A stretch of 47,450 bases of DNA. It comes from Actinomycetota bacterium. GTDB lineage: Bacteria; Actinomycetota; Actinomycetes; JAKEEW01. A program made the translations under genes and the position numbers. The stretch is from contig JBKOZJ010000128.1 of the NCBI GenBank assembly GCA_046725875.1, forward strand, positions 1 through 47,450. Direction: 5' to 3'. The notes beneath the pieces are model-generated. The model was not told the origin of the DNA, ran no database searches, and was given only the letters and a program-made list of their open reading frames with translations. How positions within the stretch are numbered: position 1 is the first letter of the stretch; each line of letters begins with the position of its first letter. This document shows positions 28,465 to 38,748 of this stretch, piece by piece.

Positions 28465-30201
28465 ATGCCGACGCCCATAGCCGGCCCGCGGCTAATGCGT
28501 GCGAAGCTCGCCGTCGGCAGCACCATGCTGGTTGCCGCGGTCGGCTACCTCGTGCAGATCGCCGACGGCTCGGCGCTGACGAGCACGGTCAGAGCCGTTG
28601 CCGCCGACCCGGCCGGGCTAACGCTTGCTGTGCTTGCCTATGCAGCAGCGTTCCTGCTGCGTTCGTGGGCCTGGCGGCGGACGCTACCCGACCTTCCGTT
28701 GGGCCACTCGTGGGCGGCCTTGCATGTGAGCCTGCTCGGCAACCACGTGCTTCCGCTGCGGCTCGGTGAGGCCTTGCGGGTGACCGGCGTGGTACGGCGG
28801 ACCCCGCTCCCAGCCCAGCCGGTGATCGCGTCGGCGCTGACCATGCGCGCCGCCGACCTGCTCACGGTGACCTCCATCGCCGCCGTCGCCGCGCCCGCAC
28901 TGGCGGTGGAGCTCGCCGGCGGATGGCTGTGGCCGCTGGCTGTCGTACTCCTTGGCCTGGTCGCCGCGGGTGCGCTGTGGTCGGGGCGGCTGCACCGGCA
29001 GGGCGCCGCGATCAGGCTCCCGTCGCCTCTGGCGCTCGCCGCCACGCTCGGCGCGTGGCTCCTCGAAGCCGCCGTGGTGTGGGAGGTCGCCCGGCAGGCC
29101 GGGCACTCACTCGGGCCGGCAGAGGCGGTCGCCGTCACGGCGGTGACGATCACGGCGCAGTCCGTCGCGGTCACGCCAGGCGGCTTCGGGTCCTACGAGG
29201 CGGCGGCCACCGCCGCGCTGGTGGTGCTCGGCGTTCCGGCAGGACCCGCATTCGGGATCGCGCTCACGACGCACGCCGTCAAGACCGTGTACGCGCTCGG
29301 GATGGGGGCGGTCGCGGTTTTCGAGCCGGAGCCGTCCTATGTCGGCCGGCTTCGGCTGCCGCGCAAGCTGCCCGCACGACCCCCGGCGCGTCCGGTCGGA
29401 CCCGACGCACCGGTGGTCGCGTTCATCCCGGTTTACAACGAGGCGGCGACGGTCGGCTCGGTCATCCGGCGGCTCCCGCCGACCGTGGGCAACCGGAGGC
29501 TCGTCGTCGTTGTCGTGGACGACGGCTCGACCGACCGGTCGGCGGAGGTCGCGGCGTCGGCGGGCGCGACCGTCGTCCGGCAGCCGGGCAATCGTGGGCT
29601 CGGGGCCGCAGTCCGCCGTGGGCTCGCGGCAGCGATCTTGTACGGGCCGGCGGTGGTGGTCTACCTCGACGCGGACGGCGAATATTTCCCCGAGGACGTC
29701 GAAGCGGTCGCGGCCCCGGTCCTGAGCGGCGCGGCCGACTACGTCGTCGGGTCCCGGTTTGCCGGCCGGATCGAGCGGATGCTGCCGCACCGCCGCTTCG
29801 GCAACCGCGTTCTCACCTTGTGGCTGCGCTGGCTGGCCCGCCGGCCGATCAGCGACGGGCAGAGCGGCTACCGGGCCTTCTCCCCCGCCGCCGCGGCCCA
29901 GGCCGAGGTCATCCACGACTACAACTACGCGCAGGTCCTCACGCTCGACCTGTTGGCCAAGGGGTTCGAGTACGCCGAGGTGCCGATCCGCTACGCGTTC
30001 CGGGAAACCGGCACATCGTTCGTGAAGCTCGGCCGATATCTGCGCAGGGTGGTGCCGGCCGTGTATCGCGAGCTGAACGCGGACAGCAGATGGGGATCGG
30101 GTCAGTCCTCCACGACGTGGGACTCGAACCGCTCTCGGGCGGCCGCCCAGGCCACCGCGTCGAACCGTTCCCCGGCCACCAGCGCGTCGACGGCGTCGTA
30201 G
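28465..30201 (+). CDS. Fusion of lysylphosphatidylglycerol-synthase-TM (flippase-like) domain and GT2 (polyprenyl-phosphate glycosyltransferase-like)
   Basis: N-terminal NHVLPLRLGE and TPGGFGSYE; C-terminal IPVYNE, VDDGSTD, NRGLG, DADGE, VGSR, DGQSGYRAF. Confidence 0.88.
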   Translation: MPTPIAGPRLMRAKLAVGSTMLVAAVGYLVQIADGSALTSTVRAVAADPAGLTLAVLAYAAAFLLRSWAWRRTLPDLPLGHSWAALHVSLLGNHVLPLRLGEALRVTGVVRRTPLPAQPVIASALTMRAADLLTVTSIAAVAAPALAVELAGGWLWPLAVVLLGLVAAGALWSGRLHRQGAAIRLPSPLALAATLGAWLLEAAVVWEVARQAGHSLGPAEAVAVTAVTITAQSVAVTPGGFGSYEAAATAALVVLGVPAGPAFGIALTTHAVKTVYALGMGAVAVFEPEPSYVGRLRLPRKLPARPPARPVGPDAPVVAFIPVYNEAATVGSVIRRLPPTVGNRRLVVVVVDDGSTDRSAEVAASAGATVVRQPGNRGLGAAVRRGLAAAILYGPAVVVYLDADGEYFPEDVEAVAAPVLSGAADYVVGSRFAGRIERMLPHRRFGNRVLTLWLRWLARRPISDGQSGYRAFSPAAAAQAEVIHDYNYAQVLTLDLLAKGFEYAEVPIRYAFRETGTSFVKLGRYLRRVVPAVYRELNADSRWGSGQSSTTWDSNRSRAAAQATASNRSPATSASTAS

Positions 30202-31523
30202 GCCATCGCCAGCGTGTGGTGCGTGTTGTCGTGCACGAACAGGCCGAGCCGGCCGAACGTGGTCACGTTCGGCAGCGTCTGCGCCCAAGCGTCCACACCG
30301 GCCAGGTGCCCACGGAAGCCGAGCTCGTAGATCGGATAGACGCGCGGCAGTCGCTCGACATGCATGCCGGCGAGCCGAACCGGCGGTAGGCCGTTTCCGG
30401 CGAGCGCGTCGGTCACGATCTCGGCGAGCGCCTGGTCCGGCGCAGTCCACAGGTCGTCGCCGACGGTGCAGGGGATCTCGCAGCAGAGCACGGTGCGGTC
30501 GGTCGGGTCGGTGGCTGACACTCGGTAGTTCGCAGGCTCCGAGATGCGGGTGACCGGTGTGTCGAGCCCGGGCAGGTAATGGGCGTCGTACGGGGTCCAT
30601 GGCCGCCCTGCGTGTACCACGTACACCAGGACCATTGCCCGGAAGCGCAGGCGACCGACGGCCTCGATGGCAACGGCGGGCGGTCCCGGGCGGGAGATCC
30701 GCGCGAGCAGCGGTAGCGGGATCGTCGAGAAGACATGGCCCGCTCGCACCCGTGTCGGCGGGGCGGCGTCATGAGACGGTGCCCTGGTCGCGATCCCCAC
30801 ATCGACTCCGCCGACGAAGGGCGCGACGTCGTCGACCTCGGCGTTGAGCCGGATCTCCGCGCCCGCTTTGGCGGCGGCCTCGGCCAGCGCTTCGACGATC
30901 TGGCCGAAGCCGCTGCGCGGGTAGTAGAACAGCCGCCCGGGACCGCGCCGGCGCGGGCGCAGCATCCGGGCTGCGATCTTCCACGGCGTGTCGGCCGCGA
31001 CCCGACGGCGCGCCTGCTCGGCGTCGATCTGCGTACCGGCCCGGCCCCAGAGCTTGACGGCGTAGGGCGCATAAAGCGCGTCATACAACGCCGGCCCCAA
31101 GCCATGCCGTAGCGCGTCGGCATAGCTGTCCGACGCCCCACGGCGCAGCGGGCCCGTGACCACATCCGCTCCAGCGCGCGCGATCAGCCCGGCCGGGAGC
31201 TCACGGACGAGCTCCCCGGGACGCAGCGGGAACCCGACCCAGCGGCCGGCGACCCGTAGCCGCCCGTTCCTCTGGCGCAGCTGCAGGTCCGCACCGAGGA
31301 GCATGCTCAGGTCGGCGAGGATGCGAGGCGGCGTCGCCGGATGGAGACGGTGGCTCCCGCGATCGACCCGGAGCCCGGCGACATCGAGGCTCCCCGCCAT
31401 CCCGCCCACGGCACCGGACCGCTCCAGAACCACGACCGCCAGTCCGTGCTCTGCGGCCCGCCAGGCAGCAGCGAGCCCGGCCGGGCCCGCGCCAAGCACG
31501 ACGAGGTCAGCACGCGTCGACAT
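30102..31523 (-). CDS. FAD-dependent oxidoreductase (protoporphyrinogen-oxidase/UDP-Galp-mutase-like)
   Basis: GAGPAGL, GGM, DRGSH, YYPRSGFG, YPIY, GRLGLF.H motifs. Confidence 0.82.
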   Translation of the reverse strand: MSTRADLVVLGAGPAGLAAAWRAAEHGLAVVVLERSGAVGGMAGSLDVAGLRVDRGSHRLHPATPPRILADLSMLLGADLQLRQRNGRLRVAGRWVGFPLRPGELVRELPAGLIARAGADVVTGPLRRGASDSYADALRHGLGPALYDALYAPYAVKLWGRAGTQIDAEQARRRVAADTPWKIAARMLRPRRRGPGRLFYYPRSGFGQIVEALAEAAAKAGAEIRLNAEVDDVAPFVGGVDVGIATRAPSHDAAPPTRVRAGHVFSTIPLPLLARISRPGPPAVAIEAVGRLRFRAMVLVYVVHAGRPWTPYDAHYLPGLDTPVTRISEPANYRVSATDPTDRTVLCCEIPCTVGDDLWTAPDQALAEIVTDALAGNGLPPVRLAGMHVERLPRVYPIYELGFRGHLAGVDAWAQTLPNVTTFGRLGLFVHDNTHHTLAMAYDAVDALVAGERFDAVAWAAARERFESHVVED

Positions 31524-31953
31524 TTGCAGGCAACCCTACGACCTGCTGTTCGGGTCCTGGATTGTCCGCCTACCGCAGCGCTGCGACAGTCAGCTGACGG
31601 CGCGGGCGGCCGATCGGCCTCCAATTGGATCGATCAAGGCGCCGGCGGCGAGGCCAGACCCGAAGGTGAGCACTCCCTGTACTCGCCACGTCTGATCTAC
31701 TTGCCCCCCGCGATCGATCGAGACGGTCCCAGGTGGCGAACTGGGGTCGGAAGGTCCACTCGGAATCACCCGACCTGATCGCCCGTGCTGGATGATCGAT
31801 CGTTGTGATCGCAGGTAGCCCTGGGATCGGCGATGAGTCGACCTGAAGCCACCGATCTGATCGACAATTCCAATCGATCAATCGCAAGGGTGTGAAGCGC
31901 ACCGGTGATCCGGCCGACCACGACGCGCCCGCGGAGGTCGGGAGACTCAATCC

Positions 31954-32589
31954 TCAAGTGGCCGCTTGAGCCTCAGCAGAGCGGGGGGACTCGGGGGCGA
32001 GCGGCGGGTTGATCGTGTAGCCGACCGATAGCCCACCCGGACGGCTGGGCAGTGGCGCACTGCCGGGGCGGAGTGGCCGGACGGCACACGCCTTCTTCAG
32101 CGCCTCCAGACCTTCCTCCCAGCCCGTCGTGTATGCGCGCCGAGTCTCGGCGTCGACCTCACCGCACCACGCGTGTTGAACTCGGACGATCGTCGAAGCG
32201 GGCGCCGGAACCGCACCGGCGGCGAAGCCGGCGGGCAGCCGCGCGGAGTCGCGATCGGTGTTAGCCGCGTGGGCAGTGCCGGGACGTACCCCGTCGAGCT
32301 CGATGGTCCAGGCGGAGGCCGCCGCTCCCCGCATCCCCATCGGCCGCGACACCACCAGCGCGGACGGACGTTCGATGAAGGTCACGAGCCCGTACAGCGC
32401 CCCCGCCTCGCCGCCCCAGTCCTCCATGAACCGGCCACCGACCCACGGCTCGAGTGAGACGGCCGAGTCCTTCCGCAGCCGATGCGGCCACCACTCGCCG
32501 ACCTGCAGCAGCGTGTCGAATACATGCTCCCGCGCTGCGGCGATCCGGACCTCCCGCCGGATCTCCGGCTCAACGGCTCCCGTGCTCAT
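31954..32589 (-). CDS. SRPBCC/AHSA1-like domain protein
   Basis: EVRIAA.REHVF...WWP, LEPWVGG.F.E, C-terminal GW...LEALK; RBS ggag. Confidence 0.8.
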   Translation of the reverse strand: MSTGAVEPEIRREVRIAAAREHVFDTLLQVGEWWPHRLRKDSAVSLEPWVGGRFMEDWGGEAGALYGLVTFIERPSALVVSRPMGMRGAAASAWTIELDGVRPGTAHAANTDRDSARLPAGFAAGAVPAPASTIVRVQHAWCGEVDAETRRAYTTGWEEGLEALKKACAVRPLRPGSAPLPSRPGGLSVGYTINPPLAPESPRSAEAQAAT

Positions 32590-32701
32590 GCTCCTACTCC
32601 TCGCCCAAGCTCATGGGTCATCACAAAACCATCGTGCGGCGACCCCGAGCGAGATGTTGAGCAGTTCCGCCACGGGCGTAAACGCCCGGACGACCAAGAG
32701 A

Positions 32702-33295
32702 TCAACGGCCGCCGACGCTGGCGAGGGCACCGCTCCGGCGGGTGGCGGCGGCCTGACCCACGGCGAGCCTCGGCTGCGGCGTCCGGTCCCGTACGACTTG
32801 GACGCACTCCCGCAGCAGATCCGTCAAGCTGCGATTGCAGTCAGTGTCGCGTCGCACGATCGTGTCAATGGTGCGGACGATCGCATGGGTCGCCGGTCCG
32901 TAGGTGTAGAGGACGTCCCGCCAGTGCGTGTCGTGCGGGTGGGCCAGCCGGTCCTCCGCCACGGATAGGGCGTGCCGCAGCCGCCGCGAGCTCGGGTCGA
33001 CCGTTAGCCCGACCCGGGCGCAGATCCGTACGATCGCGGGTGACGTTGCGGGGCCGTCGCCGACCGCACCCACTAGATCGGGCACGAGATGCAACAGCTC
33101 CTGCCGCGTATCGTCGGCCACCTCGTCGTTGACGAGGCGCGCCACCGCCGCAAGGAGCGGATGAGTGCATCGCGGTGCGTCGCTCCACCTTTCGCCGGCC
33201 AGCAACGAGACGATCTCCATAATGCAGCCGCCGTCCTCGGGCTCGAGGTGACGGCCACGCGAAATAACCGGCAGTTGGTCCGGGATCTGGGCCAT
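32702..33295 (-). CDS. Actinobacterial hypothetical protein
   Basis: SRGRH....GGCIME..S.LAGERWSD.P.CTHP.LA..AR.VND motif; RBS gaggagg. Confidence 0.75.
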   Translation of the reverse strand: MAQIPDQLPVISRGRHLEPEDGGCIMEIVSLLAGERWSDAPRCTHPLLAAVARLVNDEVADDTRQELLHLVPDLVGAVGDGPATSPAIVRICARVGLTVDPSSRRLRHALSVAEDRLAHPHDTHWRDVLYTYGPATHAIVRTIDTIVRRDTDCNRSLTDLLRECVQVVRDRTPQPRLAVGQAAATRRSGALASVGGR

Positions 33296-33560
33296 CGTGC
33301 GCCTCCTCGCCTGTCACGCTCGACGATCGCGTGGGCAATCCACTCCGAGTCTGCCGCAATCGCCGCCGTACCGGGGAATGTCAAACCCCGGATCCTGAGA
33401 AATGGTTCCCGGCTACGCCGTGGCGAACCGCACGCAGGCGATTTGCCGCCTGGAAGTGGGGGTCTGGCAGTGGAACTCTGGCCTATCCAACGTCTGCGGG
33501 TCTACGGTGCGAAGCATCAAGAGCCCATGTCGCAGCAAGTTTGGCGAAGCGGAGGGCGCC

Positions 33561-34925
33561 ATGCCGGACCGTACAAAGCTCACCCTCGACGAATCGGAAC
33601 TTCCCAGCATTTGGTACAACGTCATCCCCGACCTACCCGCCCCGCCGCCGCCTCCGCTGCATCCCGCGACGCTGCAACCAGTCGGGCCCGACGATCTGGC
33701 ACCGCTCTTCCCGGTCGATCTGATCATGCAGGAGGTCAGCGGCGACAGCTATATCGAGATCCCGACTGAGGTGCTCGATGTCTACCGGCTCTGGCGGCCA
33801 ACGCCGCTCATCCGGGCGTACAACCTCGAACGGGCGCTGGGCACCCCCGCCCGCATCTACTACAAGTACGAAGGCGTCTCGCCGAGCGGCTCGCACAAGC
33901 CGAACACCGCAGTTGCGCAGGCCTACTACAACGCCAAGCAGGGTGTCCGGCGGCTCACCACGGAGACAGGCGCCGGCCAATGGGGCAGCGCGCTCGCCTT
34001 CGCCTGCGCTCAGTTCGGGCTGGACTGCGAGATCTGGATGGTCCGGGCATCGTACGACCAGAAGCCGTACCGCCGCTCACTCATGGAGGTGTACGGCGCG
34101 ACCGTCCACCCGAGCCCGTCGGACCTGACCGAGGCAGGGCGGAAGATCCTTGTCGACCAGCCGGATTCGCCGGGCAGCCTCGGCATCGCGATCAGTGAAG
34201 CGGTGGAGGTTGCCGGCGGCTCTGCGGAGACCCGCTACTCGCTTGGAAGCGTGCTCAACCACGTGCTGATGCACCAGACGGTCATCGGCCAGGAGGCGCT
34301 CGCCCAGCTCGAATCCGCCGGGGAGACACCTGACCTGATCGTCGGCTGTACTGGCGGCGGCTCGAACTTTGCCGGCCTCTTCTTCCCGTTCCTTCGGGAG
34401 AAGCTCGCCGGGCGGATGTCCCCCGTGATCCGAGCGGTGGAGCCGGCCGCATGTCCGTCCTTCACCAGGGGGGTGTATGCGTACGACTACGGCGACACGG
34501 CGGGCTTTGCACCGCTGCTGAAGATGCACACGCTCGGCCACGACTTCGTACCCGATCCGATCCACGCCGGCGGGCTGCGCTACCACGGCATGTCGCCGCT
34601 CCTGTCCCACATGTACGAGCTCGGGCTGTTCGAGGCCGTCGCAAAGCCCCAGCGGGAGTGCTTCGAGGCCGGTGTGCTGTTCGCCCGCACGGAGGGCATC
34701 GTCCCGGCGCCGGAACCCACCCACGCGGTCGCGGCGGCGGTCGAGGAGGCGCGCCGGTGTGCCGAGACCGGCGAGGAGAAAGTGATCCTTACGGCGATGT
34801 GCGGCCACGGTCATTTCGATCTCGCGGCATACGACCGCTACCTGGCCGGCGAGATGGAGGACTTCGAGCTTCCGCAGGACCGCATCGACACCGCGCTCAC
34901 CCGGCTACCCAACCCACAGCTCTGA
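33561..34925 (+). CDS. trpB2: TrpB-like PLP enzyme (TrpB2 type)
   Basis: GSHKPNT (PLP lysine), [25 protein letters not shown]; stand-alone, no trpA; RBS ggagg. Confidence 0.92.
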   Translation: MPDRTKLTLDESELPSIWYNVIPDLPAPPPPPLHPATLQPVGPDDLAPLFPVDLIMQEVSGDSYIEIPTEVLDVYRLWRPTPLIRAYNLERALGTPARIYYKYEGVSPSGSHKPNTAVAQAYYNAKQGVRRLTTETGAGQWGSALAFACAQFGLDCEIWMVRASYDQKPYRRSLMEVYGATVHPSPSDLTEAGRKILVDQPDSPGSLGIAISEAVEVAGGSAETRYSLGSVLNHVLMHQTVIGQEALAQLESAGETPDLIVGCTGGGSNFAGLFFPFLREKLAGRMSPVIRAVEPAACPSFTRGVYAYDYGDTAGFAPLLKMHTLGHDFVPDPIHAGGLRYHGMSPLLSHMYELGLFEAVAKPQRECFEAGVLFARTEGIVPAPEPTHAVAAAVEEARRCAETGEEKVILTAMCGHGHFDLAAYDRYLAGEMEDFELPQDRIDTALTRLPNPQL

Positions 34926-34981
34926 GACCGCGGCGCTCACCCGGCTACCCAACCCACAGCCCTGAGACCGCGGCCCTCACC
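34893..34981 (+). repeat. 40-bp tandem duplication spanning the trpB2 stop (about 2.2 copies)
   Basis: gcgctcacccggctacccaacccacagc(t/c)ctgagaccgcg at 34893 and 34933, partial copy at 34973. Confidence 0.9.
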
Positions 34982-35124
34982 GAGTAGAAATGCGGGTCCA
35001 AGCGGGCCGAGGGATGGCTACCCACGGCATTCGGTTCAGTTGCACCTGCCTATTGGCCCGCGTTTCTATCCGGCCTAATTGAGTGGAGCCGTCCTCTGGC
35101 GATCACTTACTTTGGGTAGTCGTC

Positions 35125-36870
35125 ATGCGCACCCTCCCGCTGGAAGATCCCGGCACGCCGGATGCGCGCAGTCCCGCTCGCTACCTGTGGTGGATCATCC
35201 GCGGCCAGCGGGGAACGGTCGCCGCCGGCGTGCTGTTCGGCGTTCTCTGGATGGCGAGCCAGGCCTTCGTGCCCGCGGCGATCGGCAACGCGATCGACGG
35301 GGTAGCCGAAAAAGACACGGGCCGCCTGCTGATCTGGACCGGCGCTGTGCTCGGGCTCGGCGCCGTCACCGCCGTGGCCGGAATCCTCCGCCACCGAATG
35401 GCCGTCTTCAACTGGCTTTGCGCTGCCTACCGGACGGTACAGGTCGCGGTCCGGCACACCACGAAGGTCGGCGCCGCCCTGCCGCGCAAGATCTCCACCG
35501 GCGAGGTGGTCAGCATCGGCGCGACGGACATCTCCCACATCGGCGGCGCGATCGAGATCACTGCCCGAGCCGCGGGTGCGGTGGTCGCCTTCGTCATCGT
35601 GGCCGCCATCCTGCTGACCTCGTCGGTGACCCTCGGCGTGATCGTCCTGGCCGGCGTGCCGGTTCTCATGCTCGCCATCTCGCCGTTGTTCGGCTCCCTG
35701 CACCGCCGCCAACACACCTACCGCGATATCGGCGGCAGGCTCACCACCCGGGCCACCGATATCGTGGCCGGCCTGCGCGTGCTCCGCGGCATCGGCGGCG
35801 AGGAGTCGTTCTCCGGTCGGTTCAAGGAGGAGTCGCAGCGGCTGCGTCGCGCCGGGCTGCAAGTCGCGAAGGTTGATGCCGCGCTCGACGGCGCGCAGGT
35901 CCTACTGCCCGGCGTCTTCGTCACGATCGTCACCTGGCTCGGGGCGAAGTTTGCGCTGGCCGGCGACATCTCGGTCGGAGAGCTGGTCGCCTTCTACGGC
36001 TACGCGGCGTTCCTGGTCCAGCCATTGCGTACGGCGACCGAAGCCGCGCACAAGATCATCCGAGGCCTGGTCGCCGCCCGCCGGGTCACCCGGCTGCTCG
36101 CCCTGAAACCGGCCGTGGGGGACCCGGAGCGCGCGGCTCTGGCGCCGGTCGCCGAGGCGCGTGACAATGAGGACAGCGACCAACGTGCGGACGGGCCCGA
36201 GCTGGTCGACGCCGAGTCGGGGCTCTCGGTCGGAGCCGGAACGCTCACCGCGGTGGCGGCGACCGACCCGGAAGACGCGGCCGCCCTCGCGGACCGGCTC
36301 GGGCGCTATGTCGACGCGGATGTCGGGTGGCGGGGCGTTCCGCTCGACGGGCTCCTGGTGGCCACCGTCCGGGAACACATCCTCGTCGCGGACGGCGAGG
36401 CGAGGCTGTTCTCGGGCCGGCTCCGCGACGAGCTCGATGTCCGGGAATCAGCAAGCGGTGCTGCGGTCGCGGCGGCACTTCGTACGGCCTCTGCCGAAGA
36501 CATCGTCGACAGTCTCGCGGACGGGATGGATGAGGTCATCGAGGAGCGCGGCCGCTCGCTCTCCGGCGGACAGCGCCAGCGCCTGCTGCTCGCTCGCGCG
36601 CTGCTCGCCGACCCGGACGTGCTCATCCTCGTCGAGCCGACATCGGCAGTGGACGCCCATACCGAAGCGCGAATCGCGGCCCGGCTGAGGGCCGCGCGGG
36701 CTGATCGGACCACCATCGTCGCGACGACGAGCCCGCTAGTTCTCGACCACGCCGACGAGGTGGCATTCGTCGAGGACGGGAAGGTGGCGGCGACGGGAAC
36801 GCACCGGCAGCTTCTCGACACGTCGCCTGGGTACCGGGGCCTGGTGACCAGGGGGGAGGACGACCACTGA
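35125..36870 (+). CDS. ABC exporter half-transporter with degenerate NBD
   Basis: 6-TM domain and LSGGQRQR signature; Walker A lost (AVAATDPEDA), Walker B LILVEP. Confidence 0.9.
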   Translation: MRTLPLEDPGTPDARSPARYLWWIIRGQRGTVAAGVLFGVLWMASQAFVPAAIGNAIDGVAEKDTGRLLIWTGAVLGLGAVTAVAGILRHRMAVFNWLCAAYRTVQVAVRHTTKVGAALPRKISTGEVVSIGATDISHIGGAIEITARAAGAVVAFVIVAAILLTSSVTLGVIVLAGVPVLMLAISPLFGSLHRRQHTYRDIGGRLTTRATDIVAGLRVLRGIGGEESFSGRFKEESQRLRRAGLQVAKVDAALDGAQVLLPGVFVTIVTWLGAKFALAGDISVGELVAFYGYAAFLVQPLRTATEAAHKIIRGLVAARRVTRLLALKPAVGDPERAALAPVAEARDNEDSDQRADGPELVDAESGLSVGAGTLTAVAATDPEDAAALADRLGRYVDADVGWRGVPLDGLLVATVREHILVADGEARLFSGRLRDELDVRESASGAAVAAALRTASAEDIVDSLADGMDEVIEERGRSLSGGQRQRLLLARALLADPDVLILVEPTSAVDAHTEARIAARLRAARADRTTIVATTSPLVLDHADEVAFVEDGKVAATGTHRQLLDTSPGYRGLVTRGEDDH

Positions 36871-38630
36871 TGAGGCAGATCCTGCCGGTAGCCGACGGGC
36901 GGGCGGTGCGCCGCTACGCGCGGCGGCTGCTGCGCCGGCATCCAGGCGCGCTCGGCCTCGCGCTCGGCCTGCACGGGCTCGCCGCGGCCGCCGCCCTCGC
37001 CGTACCGAGCCTCCTCGGCGACCTGGTCGAGGGTGTGCAGCAGGGCACCGCGCGCGGCGACGTGGACCGCAGCGCGACGCTCATCGGGGCCGCGGTCGTC
37101 GCGGCGGCCGTACTGACCGGTTTTGCGCGGTGGGCCTCGATGCGCTTCGGCGAGCAGGTCCTCGCCGACCTTCGGGAGAGCTTCGTCGACCGGGTGCTCG
37201 AGCTGCCACTGTCCATGGTCGAGCGCGCCGGGACCGGCGACCTGCTCACTCGGACCTCCAGGGACATCGACGCGCTCTCGCGCTCGGTCCGTTTCGCGGT
37301 ACCCGAGACGCTGATCGCGCTGGTGACGTGCACGCTGACGATCGGCGCACTGGCGCTGGTCGGCCCGCTGCTGTTGCTGCCTTGCCTCGCCGCGGTGCCA
37401 ATGCTGTGGATCAGCACGCGGTGGTACCTCCGCCGCGCGCCCGAGGGCTACCTGCGGGAGAACGCGGCCTACTCAGACATCAACGAGGGCATCGCCGAGA
37501 CAGCGGACGGCGCCCGCACCGTGGAGGCGCTGGGGCTGGCCCGCCGTCGGATCGAACGCACTGACGCCGATATCCGCCGTTCGTGGACGGCCGAGCGCTA
37601 CACCCTGCACCTGCGCACGGTGTGGTTCCCGACCGTCGAGCTCGGCTACGTCGTCCCGGTCGTCGCGACGCTGCTCGCGGGTGGCCTGACGTACGCGCAC
37701 GACATCGTCTCGCTCGGACAGGTCACCACGGCGACACTCTATGCGCAGCAACTCATCGAGCCGCTCGACCGGCTGCTGTCCTGGCTCGATGAGCTGCAGG
37801 TCGGCGGTGCGTCGCTGGCCCGGTTGCTTGGTGTTGCCGACGTGCCGGACGACCGGTCTCCGACCGGCCGCCGGCCGGCAGACGAGCTGCTGCAGGCCAC
37901 AGACGTCCGATTCGCCTACCGGACCGGCCATGACGTTCTGCAAGGTGTCGACCTCGCGCTCCGGCCGGGCGAGCGGCTGGCGATGGTGGGTCCCAGCGGC
38001 GCCGGCAAGTCCACCCTCGGCCGGCTGCTCGCTGGCATTCACGCGCCGCGCACCGGCGAGGTCAGCGTCGGCGGCGTCGGCCTGGTCGAGCTGCCGCTCG
38101 GCGAGCTACGCGGTCACGTCGCGCTGATCACTCAGGAGCACCACGTCTTCGTCGGCACGGTCCGCGACAACGTGGCGATGGCCCGGCCGGACGCGACCGA
38201 CGGCGAGATCAAGTCGGCGCTAGCCGCCGTCGACGCACTCGACTGGGTCGACGCTCTTCCGGACGGCCTCGCCGCCCGGGTCGGTGCGAACGGGCGGTCG
38301 CTGTCCGCCGCCCAGGCACAGCAGCTCGCCCTGGCTCGGCTCGTCCTCGCCGACCCCCACACGCTCGTCCTCGACGAGGCCACCTCGCTCATCGACCCGC
38401 GGGCCGCCCGGCATCTCGAACGGTCGCTGGCGGCGGTCGTGTCCGGACGCACCGTGGTCGCGATCGCCCACCGGCTGCACACCGCGCATGACGCGGACCG
38501 GGTGGCGGTCGTCGAGGACGGTCGGGTTGCCGAGCTCGGCAGTCACCCGGAGCTTGTTGCCGCCGGCGGTGCTTATGCCGAGCTGTGGAACGCCTGGCAC
38601 GGGGACCGGAACTTGGCGGGTAAGGGGTGA
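36870..38630 (+). CDS. ABC exporter half-transporter (heterodimer partner)
   Basis: GPSGAGKS, degenerate signature LSAAQ, VLDEATS, IAHRL; start overlaps the previous stop. Confidence 0.92.
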   Translation: MRQILPVADGRAVRRYARRLLRRHPGALGLALGLHGLAAAAALAVPSLLGDLVEGVQQGTARGDVDRSATLIGAAVVAAAVLTGFARWASMRFGEQVLADLRESFVDRVLELPLSMVERAGTGDLLTRTSRDIDALSRSVRFAVPETLIALVTCTLTIGALALVGPLLLLPCLAAVPMLWISTRWYLRRAPEGYLRENAAYSDINEGIAETADGARTVEALGLARRRIERTDADIRRSWTAERYTLHLRTVWFPTVELGYVVPVVATLLAGGLTYAHDIVSLGQVTTATLYAQQLIEPLDRLLSWLDELQVGGASLARLLGVADVPDDRSPTGRRPADELLQATDVRFAYRTGHDVLQGVDLALRPGERLAMVGPSGAGKSTLGRLLAGIHAPRTGEVSVGGVGLVELPLGELRGHVALITQEHHVFVGTVRDNVAMARPDATDGEIKSALAAVDALDWVDALPDGLAARVGANGRSLSAAQAQQLALARLVLADPHTLVLDEATSLIDPRAARHLERSLAAVVSGRTVVAIAHRLHTAHDADRVAVVEDGRVAELGSHPELVAAGGAYAELWNAWHGDRNLAGKG

Positions 38631-38748
38631 TCCATAGGGGATCAGAACACGTCCAGTGACTGGGGCATCCCCGCGCTTTGTGTGCCGTTCGTCGCCCATT
38701 TGGGCGAAGCGACAACATCGCCGAAGCCGCGAACCTACGATCACGACC

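Noticed and set aside
28923..30600. Long alternative-frame ORFs (488 and 497 aa)
   Set aside because: Arg/Gly/Pro-rich shadow frames of the GT2 fusion with no family motifs.
33402..33560. Trp attenuator leader before trpB2 (W-Q-W codons)
   Set aside because: The Trp codons are in frame with trpB2 with no stop, no separate leader peptide and no terminator.
34893..34981. Possible CRISPR array
   Set aside because: Repeats are contiguous with no unique spacers, and there are no cas genes in the window.
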